Shown here one piece after another: positions 21,639 to 36,009 of a stretch of DNA of 64,000 nt. Numbering within the stretch: the stretch's first letter is position 1; each line of letters opens with the position of its first letter. The DNA is from Lingula anatina. Its lineage: Eukaryota; Animalia; Brachiopoda. The notes under the pieces are model-generated. The model had not been told where the DNA came from. It was given only the letters and a program-made list of their open reading frames with translations, and made no database searches. The stretch is from assembly GCA_051362555.1 (NCBI GenBank), contig CM120640.1:68426788-68490787 (forward strand), written 5' to 3'. The position numbers and the translations under genes were made by a program.

Positions 21639-21753
21639 AGCCACGAGCATATATGTGAACGAATATGATGAAATATCTCTCTCTTCCTTTAACCTCCTTT
21701 TCACCTGTCTTACACTTGTGATAGAGAGGTGCTGTCCTTTATCCTAATCACTA

Positions 21754-21832
21754 TTCTCTGTCACAGCTAATACATTCTTCTCTGGCACAGCTAACACATT
21801 CTTCTCTGGTACAGCTAACACATTTCTCTCTG
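21754..21832. repeat. 24-bp minisatellite, about 3 copies
   Basis: Unit TTCTCTGGCACAGCTAACACATTC repeated three times with few changes. Confidence 0.85.
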
Positions 21833-22841
21833 ATGCCGGTCGCGGGTTTAAGTATCTCCGCTGATCAATATTTCGGATGTTACACTTTGTCGGACGTTCG
21901 CCTGGAAAAAAAAGAGGCCATAGAAAATGTGTGAGTGTTGCAACTGATAGCGCAGACTTCAATTAAATATTCTGAGTCTCAGAGCTATGTACACCACACA
22001 GTTGCCACGGCGCAGTGAGCACTATGGAATGAAGGCATAATAGACGTGGAGCATTGAAGTGATTCACTGATCTATGGTGATGTATCGATCTAGGCCTGCC
22101 GTATGCACAACTTATTGTAATAATGAGCACTAATATATATCATGTATTAACCAAGGGATCGCTAAACAGGCGTGAAATGGGACACGAAAATCTACATATA
22201 CAACGTTAATATTGGCGCAAGACCATTGAGTAAAACATGGGATGGTTGAACCCTCATGTTTTACCACTCCACCCCCTTGAAGATAAGTCATAATGGGGGA
22301 AGCAGGTACATATCCTATCTTTTAACTAATGCATCTAGTATGCAAATTGGGGAGAGCTTCCATATATATGACTGAAGACAGACTAGCGGCTTTGAAATCT
22401 GGTAAAAAACGACCCCTCGAGTGACGTAGCTCGTTCACTGTTGTACCAAATACAGATTAATTCTATAAATACACTCCGTGAAATACCACATCGGTATTAC
22501 AGTGAAGCAGTAATCGGGGCTATGTTAATCAATTCAACACTTCAGCGATCTTCGCTCGCTGTTTACCGAACTCCGCGGTCCCTGGGACTTGGGATTCACT
22601 TGGCAGTGTTACAAGGCGTATAGCAAATGTATACACTTCTTCATGTGGATAACAGACCGGGAGGGAGTGTTCATCAGCTACGCACACATAGCCACAGGTT
22701 ATCTGTTTGATTAATCATGTAGACTTGCGTATTCCGTTTTCCATTCACTGGAGCAGCAAGGAGGATCTATCTGATGCGTTATAGAAAAAAAAACTAAACA
22801 GTACCTACCATTTAACAGGAAAACCAATCTACAGTACAATT

Positions 22842-25787
22842 ATGTCAGAGGACAAAGAAAAAGTAGTTTTTACAGAGGACAAAAAATCTAAGGCTGAGGA
22901 AGCAAGAGAGCACACAACTCCTCGGCTTTTTCTTAGACGGTGGCTTATTTTGTTGTTATTTTGCTGTTTTTCCATGAGCAATGCCTTCCAGTGGATCCAC
23001 CTGAACATCATTGGGAATATTATATTACGCTACTACAATGAGAGTCTTCCAGGGGACGAGTTTCAGCAGCAGCTGGCAGTGGACTGGCTGTCTATGATCT
23101 ACATGCTGGCCTACATCCCCCTGATCTTCCCTGCAACATGGCTGCTGGACAGGAAGGGACTGAGGGTGGTGAGCCTGGCAGCAACCTTTCTGAACTGTCT
23201 CGGAGCCTGGCTGAAATGCGCCAGCGTCGACCCCTCGAGGTTTGGGGTCCTGATGTTCGCTCAGACTGTGTGCGCCATCGCACAGATCTTCATACTGGGG
23301 ATCCCTGCCCGCCTGGCCGCCGTGTGGTTTGGACCCAATGAAGTGTCCACCGCCACTGCTTTAGGTGTCTTTGGAAACCAGGTACATAGCACCTTTTTAT
23401 TTTTACTAATTGATTAATCTGCTATATTCCTATCGCATGCATCAATCTGATCAATCAGGACAAATTCAAATTGAAATATTTGAAACAATTACCGCAATTT
23501 CAATTACCAAAGACTTGAGCTATTTCAAGAAGAGGTTGTAAATATTGACATTACAGTGTCGCTGTAGTGTTGTGGAGATAATGCGCACTTTACATCGACA
23601 GGCAGCTTTTTATCCTGACCAATTCAATACTGAGCTGTTTATTTGAAACAATGAACTTAGAGTCAGCAGAAGTAAGAAAAAATCAATATTGCACAGATTG
23701 GACGCATTTTCAAAAACAGGCTGTTTATCACTGATGCCGTAGTGATATGCACAACTTAGTTCATTCATTCTTGTTTTAAAAGGGACGCTTGCGGCACCGT
23801 TAGCATTGATAAGCCTTTATCAAAGTTTATCCTGCATCGGGGTATATTATTGCTCTCTGGCCGCGGATAACGACATAACTCCAGATGAAGATCAAATCTC
23901 ATCCTTGTCTCATCCGTGTTGATACACACAGATGCGAACTTTTCTTTGGAAATGCGCCAGTTATTTTTCCACCTATAGACTTTTAACTTTTACGTTTTTA
24001 AAACTTTTTATAAAGTATCAATTCCAGTTCATCTTATCGCTGCTTGAAAGCACTGCGAAAGATCAGTGCGACCCCCATTCCTTTGTGTAAAGTTCACGTT
24101 TTAATCAAATTAAACCGTAGTGAACAGTGACATTGCGTTTTGTGATGACCTAAAAACCCCTCTGTTTGCGTCAAAGTTGGGATTAAAAACTAAAACACCG
24201 AGGGGGGGCCACCAGCAATACGTAAATATTAGGAAAAAGGAAGTGTTTTTGTTTTTTGTTTAAAACGTTTAACTCGTTTTTTTCTTTTTTTTTTGTACTC
24301 GCTTCTTAAGAGATTTTATACATTCAAGTAGTTTCACAAATACGTTAGTTTGCATGTCAAAATATAAATATCTTTAAAATAACTTATTTCAAGAAATCAA
24401 AAAGATATATTTAGTCATTTTTAACAAGAAAACTAGTTACACTTTTGGCAGAGCTCATTCATTAAATCCATTTGGTACTTGCCACTCGTACATGTATAAT
24501 ATCATCTTAAACACGTCAACTGTCCATCCATTTCCGAGCAATGTCGCCGTCATTTATCGTGTTGTTGTTCTTAAAACGTCGCTTTGCTGACGTAGTTAAA
24601 TGGTAACTTGAGGCACCGATTAATTTCGCGTATTTGGCAATCCTTTATGGTATTTGCCGCTTGAACTGGTGGAAGGAGCAATAAAATAACTTGAATTTAA
24701 TGAGGTTATTCTTCGAAGTTCCAAATTATCAAAAGGAGTCATTGAACTCCGGCCTGGCTAATAGTGGCGGCAGGTAATGGTGGGCGGGGAGGTGCTATCG
24801 ATTAAGTGAATGAACCTTGAGATGTTTATGGTCCTGTCATGCGATATGTGCCCCCACGTCTCAAAGATGTAGGTGGTTGACTTCACTGTGGATGCCCTAT
24901 TTATCTTTTGTCACTCAGATACTAAGGTTAAAGGGAGTTCGCCGTCAAATGACTTTAAATCGAATAATTTTAAGAGAAATTAGCCTGCAGTAAGAAATAG
25001 TATGTGTGCTAGCAACGTCAGCACCGACCTCTTCCTACTTATGCTGTAGATCTATGCCTCGGTTACAGATCCCTTGATATACACTGTACCACATTCTTAG
25101 AAGTTCAACTAAATGAGCAGATATATCACTGCGTGTTGATTATTCCTGGAAGAATGGATCATCATTCCGTTATCTTAAAACACAAAACATTAGGTATTGG
25201 GCTTCAGGACAGATAGATAAAAGACATAAATGATACACTGATTTATGAGAAGAGTTACAGCGATTTATCTCTGGGATGAATACTTGACCCCTAGGACCAA
25301 CAACACTTTCGGGCTTGCAGAGCTTATTAAATAAATAAATTTATATGAATATTTATTTAATAAATCCAAATCTAACCGCCTAACCACACGCAAATATCCC
25401 TAATCAAACTACAATCAAACTGTAGATCAATATATCATGTCTTACTGGGAAATTATTATTTCTTCATTATTTTTATCATTTGATATCCCGTAAGCCTGTA
25501 AGAAAAAAATCCAATCTGGGTGGATGCCACGAAGTTCGAAATTAAAAGGAATATTATGTACTGTGAAACATTTCCCAGCTTATTGAATCAAGGTTGATGA
25601 ACGACTGGCGGCAGTAAAGGTTCCCAACACTAATGACTTTTGTGACATGTTTGGCTGTTATTATTATCATTATTTTAGTTTCACATGGGCAGCTTCGTAG
25701 TTCGATATCACTATACCGGGGATTAACCTTGATGCTCATGTATGGACTGGAAATAAAGTTAAAAGATTGTTTAAAATTCTACTCGAA

Positions 25788-25828
<41 letters not shown>

Positions 25829-28800
25829 TGTGTGTGTGTTAAGACGTAAAGTTATATTTATTTACATTAAATATATTTATTTACATTAAATATTTACTTA
25901 TTTACATAAAACCAAATATATAAGCTGAAGATGTGAAATCGACGTAGTGCGTTATCCATGCTGTTGGTGGATTATTATGTAAAATATTTCTTCGTTTCAT
26001 TTCAGGTGGGTGTAGCCATTGGTTTCCTAGTTCCCCCTGTGATAGTGAAGAATCACGACGACCTGAATCTGGTGGGGCGAGATTTCAGCATCATGTTCTA
26101 TGCAACAGCAGGGGTGACCACTGCCCTTTTCTTGCTGGTTATTACAGGTGTACCGTGTTGGCTTATCCTTTTTCTTACCCCCACTTTCTCATTTTCACAG
26201 GTTGAACATAAATACCCTTTTTAGTGGCGCTCTTAACAGTCAATCATTGGAAAAGAGGAATATTTTTGAAATAGAAAAAAGTATTATTCAGAAAAAGGTC
26301 AAAAGGAGTTTACTTTTTTTACAATGGTATATGTTTAAAGTATAACATGTACAAAGTAAATGTCACAAATATTGATACTGTACTAATGGTAATTTTATTT
26401 TTTTGTGTACAGTTTTTAAAAAACAGCCTCCCACACCTCCTAGTAAAGCACAAGCTATTATTGTGGAACAAGCAGCTGAAGAAAAATACAGCCAATCTCT
26501 TGTCCGCTTGGTAAAGAATAGGTGTTTCATGTTGCTTATGATTACCTACGGTGAGTGTATTATTGTCGGTGAAGGGTGAGTTACGATCGTAATACATTTT
26601 CCACGCGGGATATTGGCCCGTTTGTCTGTTGATAAGTTAAAGGCATTATTGAAACGCTTCGTATTTAAGATAATGTAAAGTAATATATGCACCAACATGT
26701 GTCTTTTAATTAAACTATGCTATCAATTTTGCTGAACATGCAAATATTTCACACTGTTTGAAAAAATAAGGAGGTGTAAAGGAAAATTAGTGACAGAAAG
26801 TAAGGGACAATAATCTTCTTACTATCGTTGTCATTCCTTTTCGACTTACTTAGGCGTAAGGATTTATTGAAGAAAGATTTATATTTTTAATCTTTCTTAC
26901 TTATTTTCTATAAATCTCACGGTATTGGATAGAAAGTTGACCCTTAAAACGGGATGATCTAACTTCAAACACCAGTGCATATGCTCAACACACCTTTTCA
27001 ATTTTAACACAGATTAAGCTGTGACCTATAAACATATATTGCATAATAATACAGCTTGCACATTCTGTCAATTGTGAACATGAACGTACTTGATAACATT
27101 ATGTGTCTTCAAACACGATGGTAAAGGTGTGTGCCGTGCTTGTGTTTATCCACGTGTTGGAGGAATGATTTAACGTGCTGTAGCCGATTCTTCTTCAAAC
27201 TAATCACTAACCATACAACACCGGTATTATTTTCATTGCAAAATGTTTTTCTTACAAAGTAAAGTCACGCGTTTGTAGTAGTTGATGTGAAAGGAGCGCA
27301 TTTACGTTATGTGTGTTAAACATTTGTTTTAATCATGTCTTCTTGTGTCTGCACGTTCACAATGCTGGGTAACAACAGTGGGTCATCTTTGATAGTCTGT
27401 CAAAATATTCATATGTGTTGGATTACAGTAGGATTGCTTTCATGTGAAAGGGGATGGGTTTGTCTTATTATAACAAACAATTTTGTGTTTCCAAACATTA
27501 TTGTGTATTTTAAACTTTTTAATTCTTAGCCGAAAATGACATTCGAACAGCGCTTAAATCTGGGACACAGACGAACATGTACCAGTCTGTTTTGCAGCTG
27601 TACCTTATGGAAAAGAAAGCGCTCAGAATAGTATTGTCATGTTTATTGGTCATCTCAGCGATCATTTATGGCGTACACACTAGAGAAATACAAAATTGTT
27701 CTTCAAAGCAAATTTTGATGGGTGAAGAAAACGGGTTATTGTGCGTTACAATCGTTTCCGTTTTCAACTTCGGTACAACTTATGAACTCAATTTCGAGAT
27801 TTAATTACCTAAAATACACTCTGCCTTTCAAAAAACAACAAGGTGTAAGGAAATCCCAAAATCTGAGCGTGTAATCACAGATGATATGACCCAATCCTTT
27901 TTCGATTACTTTAGACACGAACAACAGCGAAACCACAGCTTGCGTGAAGTTTCGTTTCCCCATTCGGATTCGGCACAGGGACATATCTTTCATAGTGGAA
28001 ATTACCATTGATGACGTAATGACCCGGTCACACTAACATTAAATGAGACTAATTAAATTAGCTATATCTGGTTCCCAATTTTTAGCGTTTAACGCACGAG
28101 GGACGATTTCATGTCATCGCTGTTTAATCGCCGATTCAGGATCGCAGCATGCTTTCCCAACTTTGTTAAGTTAGGTTCAATCTTCCCTGATTATTTTCAT
28201 ATGTGTTAATGTTACATTTTCCAAAATTTACGGACATAAAGCAAAATTTGATGCATATTCTAAGCGGAAAGCGTTCTCACAAGATTGGCGCCATGTTGAA
28301 ATTTTGATGCCCATGTCCCACTGTTGTTACCTGTGGACCTGAAGATGTAGGAAAAAATCGGGCGTCTAATTTGTGTACAGTGCATTTCAGTTTACAGATT
28401 TCCGTGCATCTGCGCGATAGTAATTAGCTTTCAAGACCTAACCAGATAACATGCAGATATACATGATCATATACTGTAGAATTTTTCCCTTCTTGTTATA
28501 CTTGAGGCCACAAAACAAATCCGTCGTGCAAAATATAATATAACATATGTGCATGCAATATATAATACCATGGTTGCGTTTTCTTTGTGGTCTCACATGT
28601 TGCAACCGATCAACGTTATGCAACGCCTATAGAGAGCATTGCATCGTTTTAAAGTGGAGACATTATATGTAGATTTTCAAAGGTTTTTACTCATTTCGAT
28701 ATAGTGTGTATGCAACGTAATTTGAGCTTTTTGCAATATAATACTGGGTTCCCATACTTAGATCGATCCATCTGAATCGACCTAACTCCCTGGGGAGTCT

Positions 28801-31800
28801 CACTAAATTGCTATCAAATAACCTGCTTATATGTATGTCACGCCTACCGAATCACCTAGGGGGTAAAAATAATAACCCTAACAGTTTTACTAGGCCTGAC
28901 AGACATTTAAGCCGGTCAAGTCGACAGCAATTTAGTGAGACTCCCCAGGGAGATAGATCGATCCAAATATCTATGGGAATTGTCTCTAAGTCATTAGGTA
29001 CCTCAATTTAATATTTCCATTCAGTGGTTGATTGATAATTAAACGTATCATTTACGTGATTTCCATGCTTGGACAGGCATGCTCTTTGAAGTATCATTAT
29101 CTCATCCAAATAAGGGTTTTTTAATACAACCATGTAGCACATTAAAATTTAGATTTTAGAATTTTTCATGATGCTCTTAGATAATGCTGTCAATTGTTTT
29201 TTTTTTTTTTTCAGGAGTAAATACAGGGTCGTACTATGGGATCAGCACCTTGCTCAATCCATTAGTGCTGTATTACTGTGAGGTATGTGTCCTAGGCAGC
29301 ATTGCCAAGAATCCAATATCACTCACGTCTCGGGTGGATAGAAATGTCCTCAGCTTTTGGTGTCAATAACTCAATTCTATCCGTCATTATCCATTACACT
29401 AGTTCACGGTTTTGCTTCTGGCAGACAAAAATATTGACTCGACAGCTATTTATGCATGCAACAGTCGTGTGGCGTTCGATACAAGAATGATACTTCTGGA
29501 CGTTTCTTCATCACCCGATGTACAGGTACAAGTAAGACGCGGGAAGCCCAAATTGTGTTTTAGTTTGATAAAGCATAGACGTTATTTCGCCCAAGTTTGA
29601 TTCAGGAATGTTTGTTTTTCTATTCGTGCAGTCTGTCAACCGTATGACATTAAACAAACCATAAGTCAATTTTAAAAAAACGAGCAAACCCATATATTTC
29701 ACACTGCGTGCAGTCTTATTGATTCCGTTCCTGTTTTTAAATGATCAACCAGGCATGTCATGTGTGCTTATATCTCAATTTCCTAATAAATATTGAATGA
29801 AAAAACTATTACCACGATATTTATTGTTTTACAATTCCCAGTACACTCTCTCCTTTAACTGCGATTCTTCTTCGCCACCCAGAATAGGAATTGTCCGAAA
29901 TATACGTACATATGTACAATGTTATTGCACGGACAATATTAATATTTTCTTATCTTTCAACACTCTCACTCAGGTACGCACTTATATATTTCATGGGGTG
30001 AATTTTCGTTTACCTTTCCTGCAAATTCTTATTTATTTCAGAACTGTGAGGAACACGCCGGGCGCATAGGCCTCACCATTGTCTTAGCGGGAGTATTAGG
30101 ATCCATTGTAGCGGGCATTTGGCTGGATAAAACTAAGAAATTCAAGTATGCGTGCTCAGATATGATATTTACTTTATTTTAATTATATCTAAGTTAAACC
30201 TGATATAGTTATGAAAATGAACGTGTTTAATCAACTTGAAGTTCCTTTGTAAAAATACTAGCTGTACTAATATAGAAAACTTAATTGTTAAAAAAATGAA
30301 TAGCATATTGGACTGACTGTATTTTTTAATTATTTTCCCTTTTGAAAACATATCTCGTCAATTTGAGGACCATTTTGTATTATTAAGGCAAACCTTCCAA
30401 TTAGATAGCGCAGTTAAATATGAAGACTTGGAGTTATTTTTGTATTTATGTTCTGTATCCAGACTGACTACGGTGGCGATCTACTTCCTGTCAATGGCGG
30501 GCATGGTCCTGTTCACCTTCACCTTGGACCAGGGAATACTCTGGGTGTTATACCTGTGTGGAGGAATACTTGGGTAAAAACCAACCTCTAGAAATATTGA
30601 AATAATATGACACAAAGCTAGCGCTGTTGTTGATGTTAATCAGTCAAGGTAGATGGGGTGTTTTTTCAGCAATAACACAGGCATGTCTGCTATATATACT
30701 TCCTGAGCTGTTCGGTATGATTTATTGCTCGTTTGATCTAGGTAACCAATATTAGATTGAGGTTGACCCCCTCCTCCATAATAAGATAAAACATATACGA
30801 ATAATTGTCAATATTCTGCTCCCTGCATAAGCCCTCTCTACGTCACCATTTATCCTTATGTCTACCATTGATGTATCCTCTGAATGAAATCAATGTATTG
30901 TATTTTATAACCTTCTCCCATCAATCTCCCTACTTTCCTTTTCCTAGTTTCTTCATGACGGGTTACCTTCCAGTTGGTTTTGAGTTTGCAGCAGAGCTCA
31001 CGTACCCGGAATCTGAGGGAACATCATCGGGACTCCTGAACGCCTCGGCTCAGGTTAGTAAGATGTCAGATAAGGGTTAATACCTAGGCTGAATGCTATA
31101 TTTCTTTTTTTTTTTCTAAGTTAAAATCGATGGCATTATTTTAGGTTACATCGATTGGGTAATAAAGACAGTCAAATAAACCTTGGTTAATTCATGTTTT
31201 GTGCCTTTCAAACTCTTTGGAGTAAAAGTGAATTTGGCGTTTTATACATGTAGATTGTGTCAATAGAAATCTACTCGGGAGAGCTGTCAGCACGCAGAGT
31301 AAACTCGCATCATGCCATCCTATTTTTTATTGTAGTTCTTCGGCATAGTGTTCACCACATCAATGGGGGCGTTACTGAACAAATTTGGTCCTCTGGCCGC
31401 CAACGCCACTGTGTCTGGCGCCCTGCTGCTGGGGACCATCGGGACGGGTAAGAGACAGCGTCTTAATGTGGTCTCTGGGTGGTTAATGGCTGTCAAGGAG
31501 ACAAATAAGTGCCCTCTAACATCAGGGGCCTCTTCAACAGTATATACAATTCAACTACAGACCGATACAATAGTTTTGTAACAGACTACCAGCGGGCCCT
31601 GTGGTCAGAGTAACAAATTAGGTAGAGGTCCATTAGAATTTACATGCCTTTTCCCCAGACTCTGAAAAGAAGATGTAACACTCCCATCACAGCGACGTTT
31701 TTCGCCCTTTAAAATGTGATTATTGAAATCTGTTACTTTTGGAACGTTTAAAAATATAAAATCCTTTTTATCTATGTAATGAAACTTTCGTGTTCATTCA

Positions 31801-33781
31801 TTACATTGCAGCTCTCATCAAAGGACATCTGAGGAGACAAGAAGCCGAGAAAAAAGTAAGCCAAGCGGTTTATTAATTTCTTTGGGAATGCATTGTATTT
31901 AGCAACATTTGAATCCCTAGATTTACATACACTGAATGAATATCATACGCCAGTAGCAACAGTGCCACAGTGCGCATTACGGCTTGCTGAATGAATAGGC
32001 ACGGTTCAATTTGCAATGTCATGATATCCAAATAGATTTCTTTCAGCAGTGTTCGAGATTTAAGCATGTTGATACATTGTAACAAGCAATATATGTGAGT
32101 AAACGGATAGCGTGACTTAATGGACACGGTGAATTAAAATGCACAGATTTAGACTGCACTTTTGTACTGTTAAGTATTATTTAGATTCTGAAACTTAACT
32201 TAGGTTAAATATACATTTCTAGGGAGGTCAATTGACAGCGTTCCTCACAGCAGATGATATAGTCGACTATGAATTATGAACCAGGTGCACTATATATATT
32301 TGGTGTTGAACTCACTCACTTCAGTGTGTTAGATAGTAGGCTGTGTTGCACTCAACTGCATGTTAACGTCTCTTCACTAAAGCCACATTTACACCGGGCT
32401 TGCCACACTGATGTCCAACTGAAATTAATTGTCTCCCATGGCGTCGCAAGCCCGCTGTAAACAAGGTTTATGTTGTATTTGCCGTTTTTTTTTTAAATTT
32501 ATTTTTTATTTGTCTGTTTATTTATTTTGTGCGTGTGAGTGTGTCATTTTAAGCAAATAATGTGACTAGAGCAAAGAGCGACCGAGCCTTTTAATTACTT
32601 GCTCACAGCGGTCGTGGAATGGTCGCACATCTTTATTTTTGCCTCATAGTTTAGACTATTTATTCTTCCATCATTACACACTGACAAAATTTTTGCATGT
32701 TTGCTTGACGTATAAGGATTACTTGATCCATGCATTTTTTCCTCTCCATAATTTTTCTTGTAGTTATAGTGTTTTTGTTCTCTTTTTCCCAATACTTTTT
32801 TTTTTTCAGTCTTACATGTACAGCAACCACTGGTGACAATCTTTTAACTTTGAAAGTGATATTTCTTTCTTCTTACATAATCTTCCATGTTGAATACTAT
32901 CTTCAGTTGCCTTTGTGGCAGCTGTCAAATAATGGTTTGACTTATTGTATGATATTGCATTTTAACATGCTTTTTAACTCATTTATTCAGCACTATCAGA
33001 TAATTTGAAGCAGATTGTTAGACTACTCTTAGCCATAGCCTCTTGTCTATTCCTTTACTGCTTATTTTCTGAACTTAACCGATTAATTTTCTACCAAAAA
33101 TACACAGGTACAACCTTAAGGCCAGACAAGTTGGTTAACGAGCGCAACCCACCCTGATTTTGTTGAAATTGCAGTTATTCCTGTCACTATTTTTAATTTT
33201 TCTAAATGGAAAAAAGTTGCATTGGGCATTAGTTTGGGAAGTGTGAGAAATGTACAACTGGAACGAGGAATAATTTAAAGCTGTTTTAATGCTCTTAAAT
33301 CACACATACTGAACCCCACCCCACCCCACCCGAATAGCTGCCTTGCTTAATTAACAGTATATTTAACAACGAAACAATTGGTCTACCTATTTATAAAGAG
33401 TCAACGTTTGTTAACCAACTTCTCAGTTTTCTCTGGACATTATTGTTTTATTCCGTCCATCTTCGCTGAAGCCATGATATGAGATGCGTAAAATTCTGAT
33501 GACCGGAGAAAATGAAATCAAAAGTTGTCTGTTATATTCTACAGGTACATTTATTTAAGTCCTTCATGATTTATCAAACCTGAGCGTAACGCAGTAGATA
33601 ATGTATGGATTAAATAATAACTATGCAAATGCTACGTCACCAGCCTGTGCGTCCAGTTCACATTCTTTTTCTATCTTTTCAGTATAAGCTACCGGAAGAT
33701 GTCCCTTGCCGCAGTGACCTTGTAACACAACAACAACCGGCCAACAACGGTACCGGAGAGCCAGAACAATCACCGCCATAA
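22842..33781 (+). CDS. FLVCR: FLVCR/SLC49-family MFS transporter, paralog 1 (choline/ethanolamine transporter or heme exporter family), 487 aa
   Basis: 10 exons join in frame (1464 nt): 22842-23381, 26006-26147, 26413-26550, 29215-29282, 30042-30145, 30463-30573, 30948-31053, 31336-31447, 31812-31855, 33683-33781. Family motifs [90 protein letters not shown]. Confidence 0.93.
25790..25839. repeat. (TG)n microsatellite
   Basis: Directly visible. Confidence 0.95.
28746..28992. mobile_element. MITE family copy C in FLVCR paralog 1 intron
   Basis: Long internal inverted repeat CTCCCTGGGGAGTCTCACTAAATTG / CAATTTAGTGAGACTCCCCAGGGAG; colinear with 16016-16253. Confidence 0.8.
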
Positions 33782-36009
33782 GTTGGCTGTCTTTTCTTTT
33801 TGTTTGATTTGAGATGCATAAGCGCAGTCCAAAATATATTGGCCTCTTCTCACTTTAAATCTCATTTCAGCAGTCAACTCAGCCACATATTTATCCAAAT
33901 ATACTTCGACGCCATAACTTTTCATTTGTACTAAGAATTATACTTGTATCGTCTATATTATCTTAATTTTCACGCCAATCTTACTACTTTTATGTTCCAC
34001 ATTTAGCAGCATTGGATATGTTCTCAACTTTGAATCTTGTGTACTAACTTAGGTTCACTTTCTATGGAGTGACTCCGGGATATCTCAGGAAGCGTTTTCT
34101 ACATTTTAAAATATCGACCATCCAAAAAAAGGAAGAGAGAAAGTGTGAAACAATTTTCATGGAAACTTTCTCGCTTACTTTACCATCAATCCTCTGATAA
34201 TATAAGTTATGGATTTTACGGATTTATTTAACTTAATGATTCAAGATATTTAACATAATAACTGTCCCTTTTCAATAACTGATGACTACAAATGATATGT
34301 GATTTGCCAGTTTCCCAAAATTTCACAATATGTATGATGTGTATTCACTTCATAAATATACATGTATGATTAGATTATTGAAATTGGCGTAACAAACTAT
34401 ATACATCTTATATATCCTGTGATCTTTTAATAATTAAGCGATATATCAACACATGACATTGTTAACATATATTTTATTTATATTAATTAGTTGAGTCAGA
34501 GGTCTCACATGCTCAATTATGTCGTTACGGGCACCTACACAGCATTCACTTACTACTGGGGGAATGTTTGATTTCAGACATACTCTGTAGACCGACGGGT
34601 AGGATATGAATTTATTTTAGTGCATAGAAGTAAAGAATAACAACACATTCTGTCACTGACTGTTCTTTAGGTTTCATTCTTTGTCTGCGTGATCATCTTT
34701 TGAAGTTTTTAAAACATTTCTCTATAGGGGCCTATATCCCAAGTTGATAATCGATCATTGAACTGGCGAGACAAATGTGTTTACTGCACGGAGATTAGAA
34801 ATCATCTCTTTAATGACGTCTGCACACGACAGTTAACATCTACCTATTAGACGTGATGTATCACTCACTTGTAGACGTTATAACATTCAAAGTTACTTGA
34901 ATCACAGAATGACAAATATTGTGAACGAGCATCAAATGACTGGTGGTATACATTTAAAACCGCGTGTGCATGCGACCAAAACTTACAGAACAACAATTTG
35001 CCCATTAATTGCCATCACGGTTTACTTTACGGGGATGTTCCTTTAACGTCATCCTCACATTTATTGTCCGAACTGATTTTCAGTGATAGCAGCGTAAATA
35101 AGTTAGTTCTACTGAAAATTCCGGGAAAGGTGACAATGTTATAAACCAAGAATGTGTTAGTTGAGACGAGCTGAAGTGTTGTGGTAAATAAGATGGACTC
35201 TCTCTCTCTCAGAAGTGGAAATCTTTATCGCATTCTTTCTGAAACACTTTAATCGTCGAATTGATATCCTTGCCTTAAATTCACTGTCTGGGTGGGAGAT
35301 AAAGTTGTTAGGACGAAATGAAACATCGTGACATAATGACTTAGATACAGGTTGAAACCTTTAATTGTATCAATCTAATTAGATATCGAACAACCGGGGG
35401 AGAAAGGTGGCGATTTTTATTATATTGAATGGGGCGAATTTTGAGATTGATTGCTATTGTGATTAAGGTATCGCAGACTAAAAAATATGTATCACTCATT
35501 ACGATGAATTTTTGATCTGTTCAATTTCTAAACTAACTGAAAGCGTACCTGTAAAAGCTTTCGTCCCAACGTCCCAACATATTGGACTTCATCAGTCCAA
35601 CTGACGTTATGAGACAGTAAATAGTGAACAGTCAAGTAAGTGAAATCTGTTCATTAGAACACTGCCCCAGATGTGAGGCAGGCCGTGCCTTCTCCCCCCT
35701 TCCTTTGTCAGTTCTCACTAGACTGTTCACTATACAGCGCGATAAAAATTCGTTTTTCATGGAGTATTACGCACCAAATGTTGCCACTTGCACAGATTTG
35801 TAAGATCTTATGTTTTATCCCTGTAATAAACACGAAACCTTTTGTATTCTAAAGCAAGAGTAGCGCACATCATCACCTTTAGTGACCCACTTCACTATGG
35901 TGATGACCCGTCTTTTAAGGTACCAGTATGCGTAGAATATAGTATACGGTTGCTATACAGGGCATAGACCCCAACAAGTGCGTCTACTTATTTTAGACTG
36001 GCGCTTAAA

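Noticed and set aside
19591-21747. ORFs with SLSLSL, THTHTH and YIYIYI runs (also 25633-25842 and 58817-59192)
   Set aside because: They are translations of dinucleotide microsatellites, not genes.
21754-21832. Possible CRISPR-like repeat
   Set aside because: Head-to-tail tandem units without spacers, in eukaryotic DNA with no cas genes.
21744-21962. ORF with an NVLAVPEK repeat
   Set aside because: Explained by a 24-bp minisatellite; no splice or homology support.
23092-23341. Antisense and alternate-frame ORFs overlapping FLVCR, GT11, TH and GT7 exons
   Set aside because: Shadows of GC-richer coding sequence, with no independent motifs.
32810-32836. Another possible FLVCR1 terminal exon (SYMYSNHW-stop) after a strong poly-T acceptor
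   Set aside because: Very short, with no homology to paralog 2; cannot be separated from a chance acceptor.
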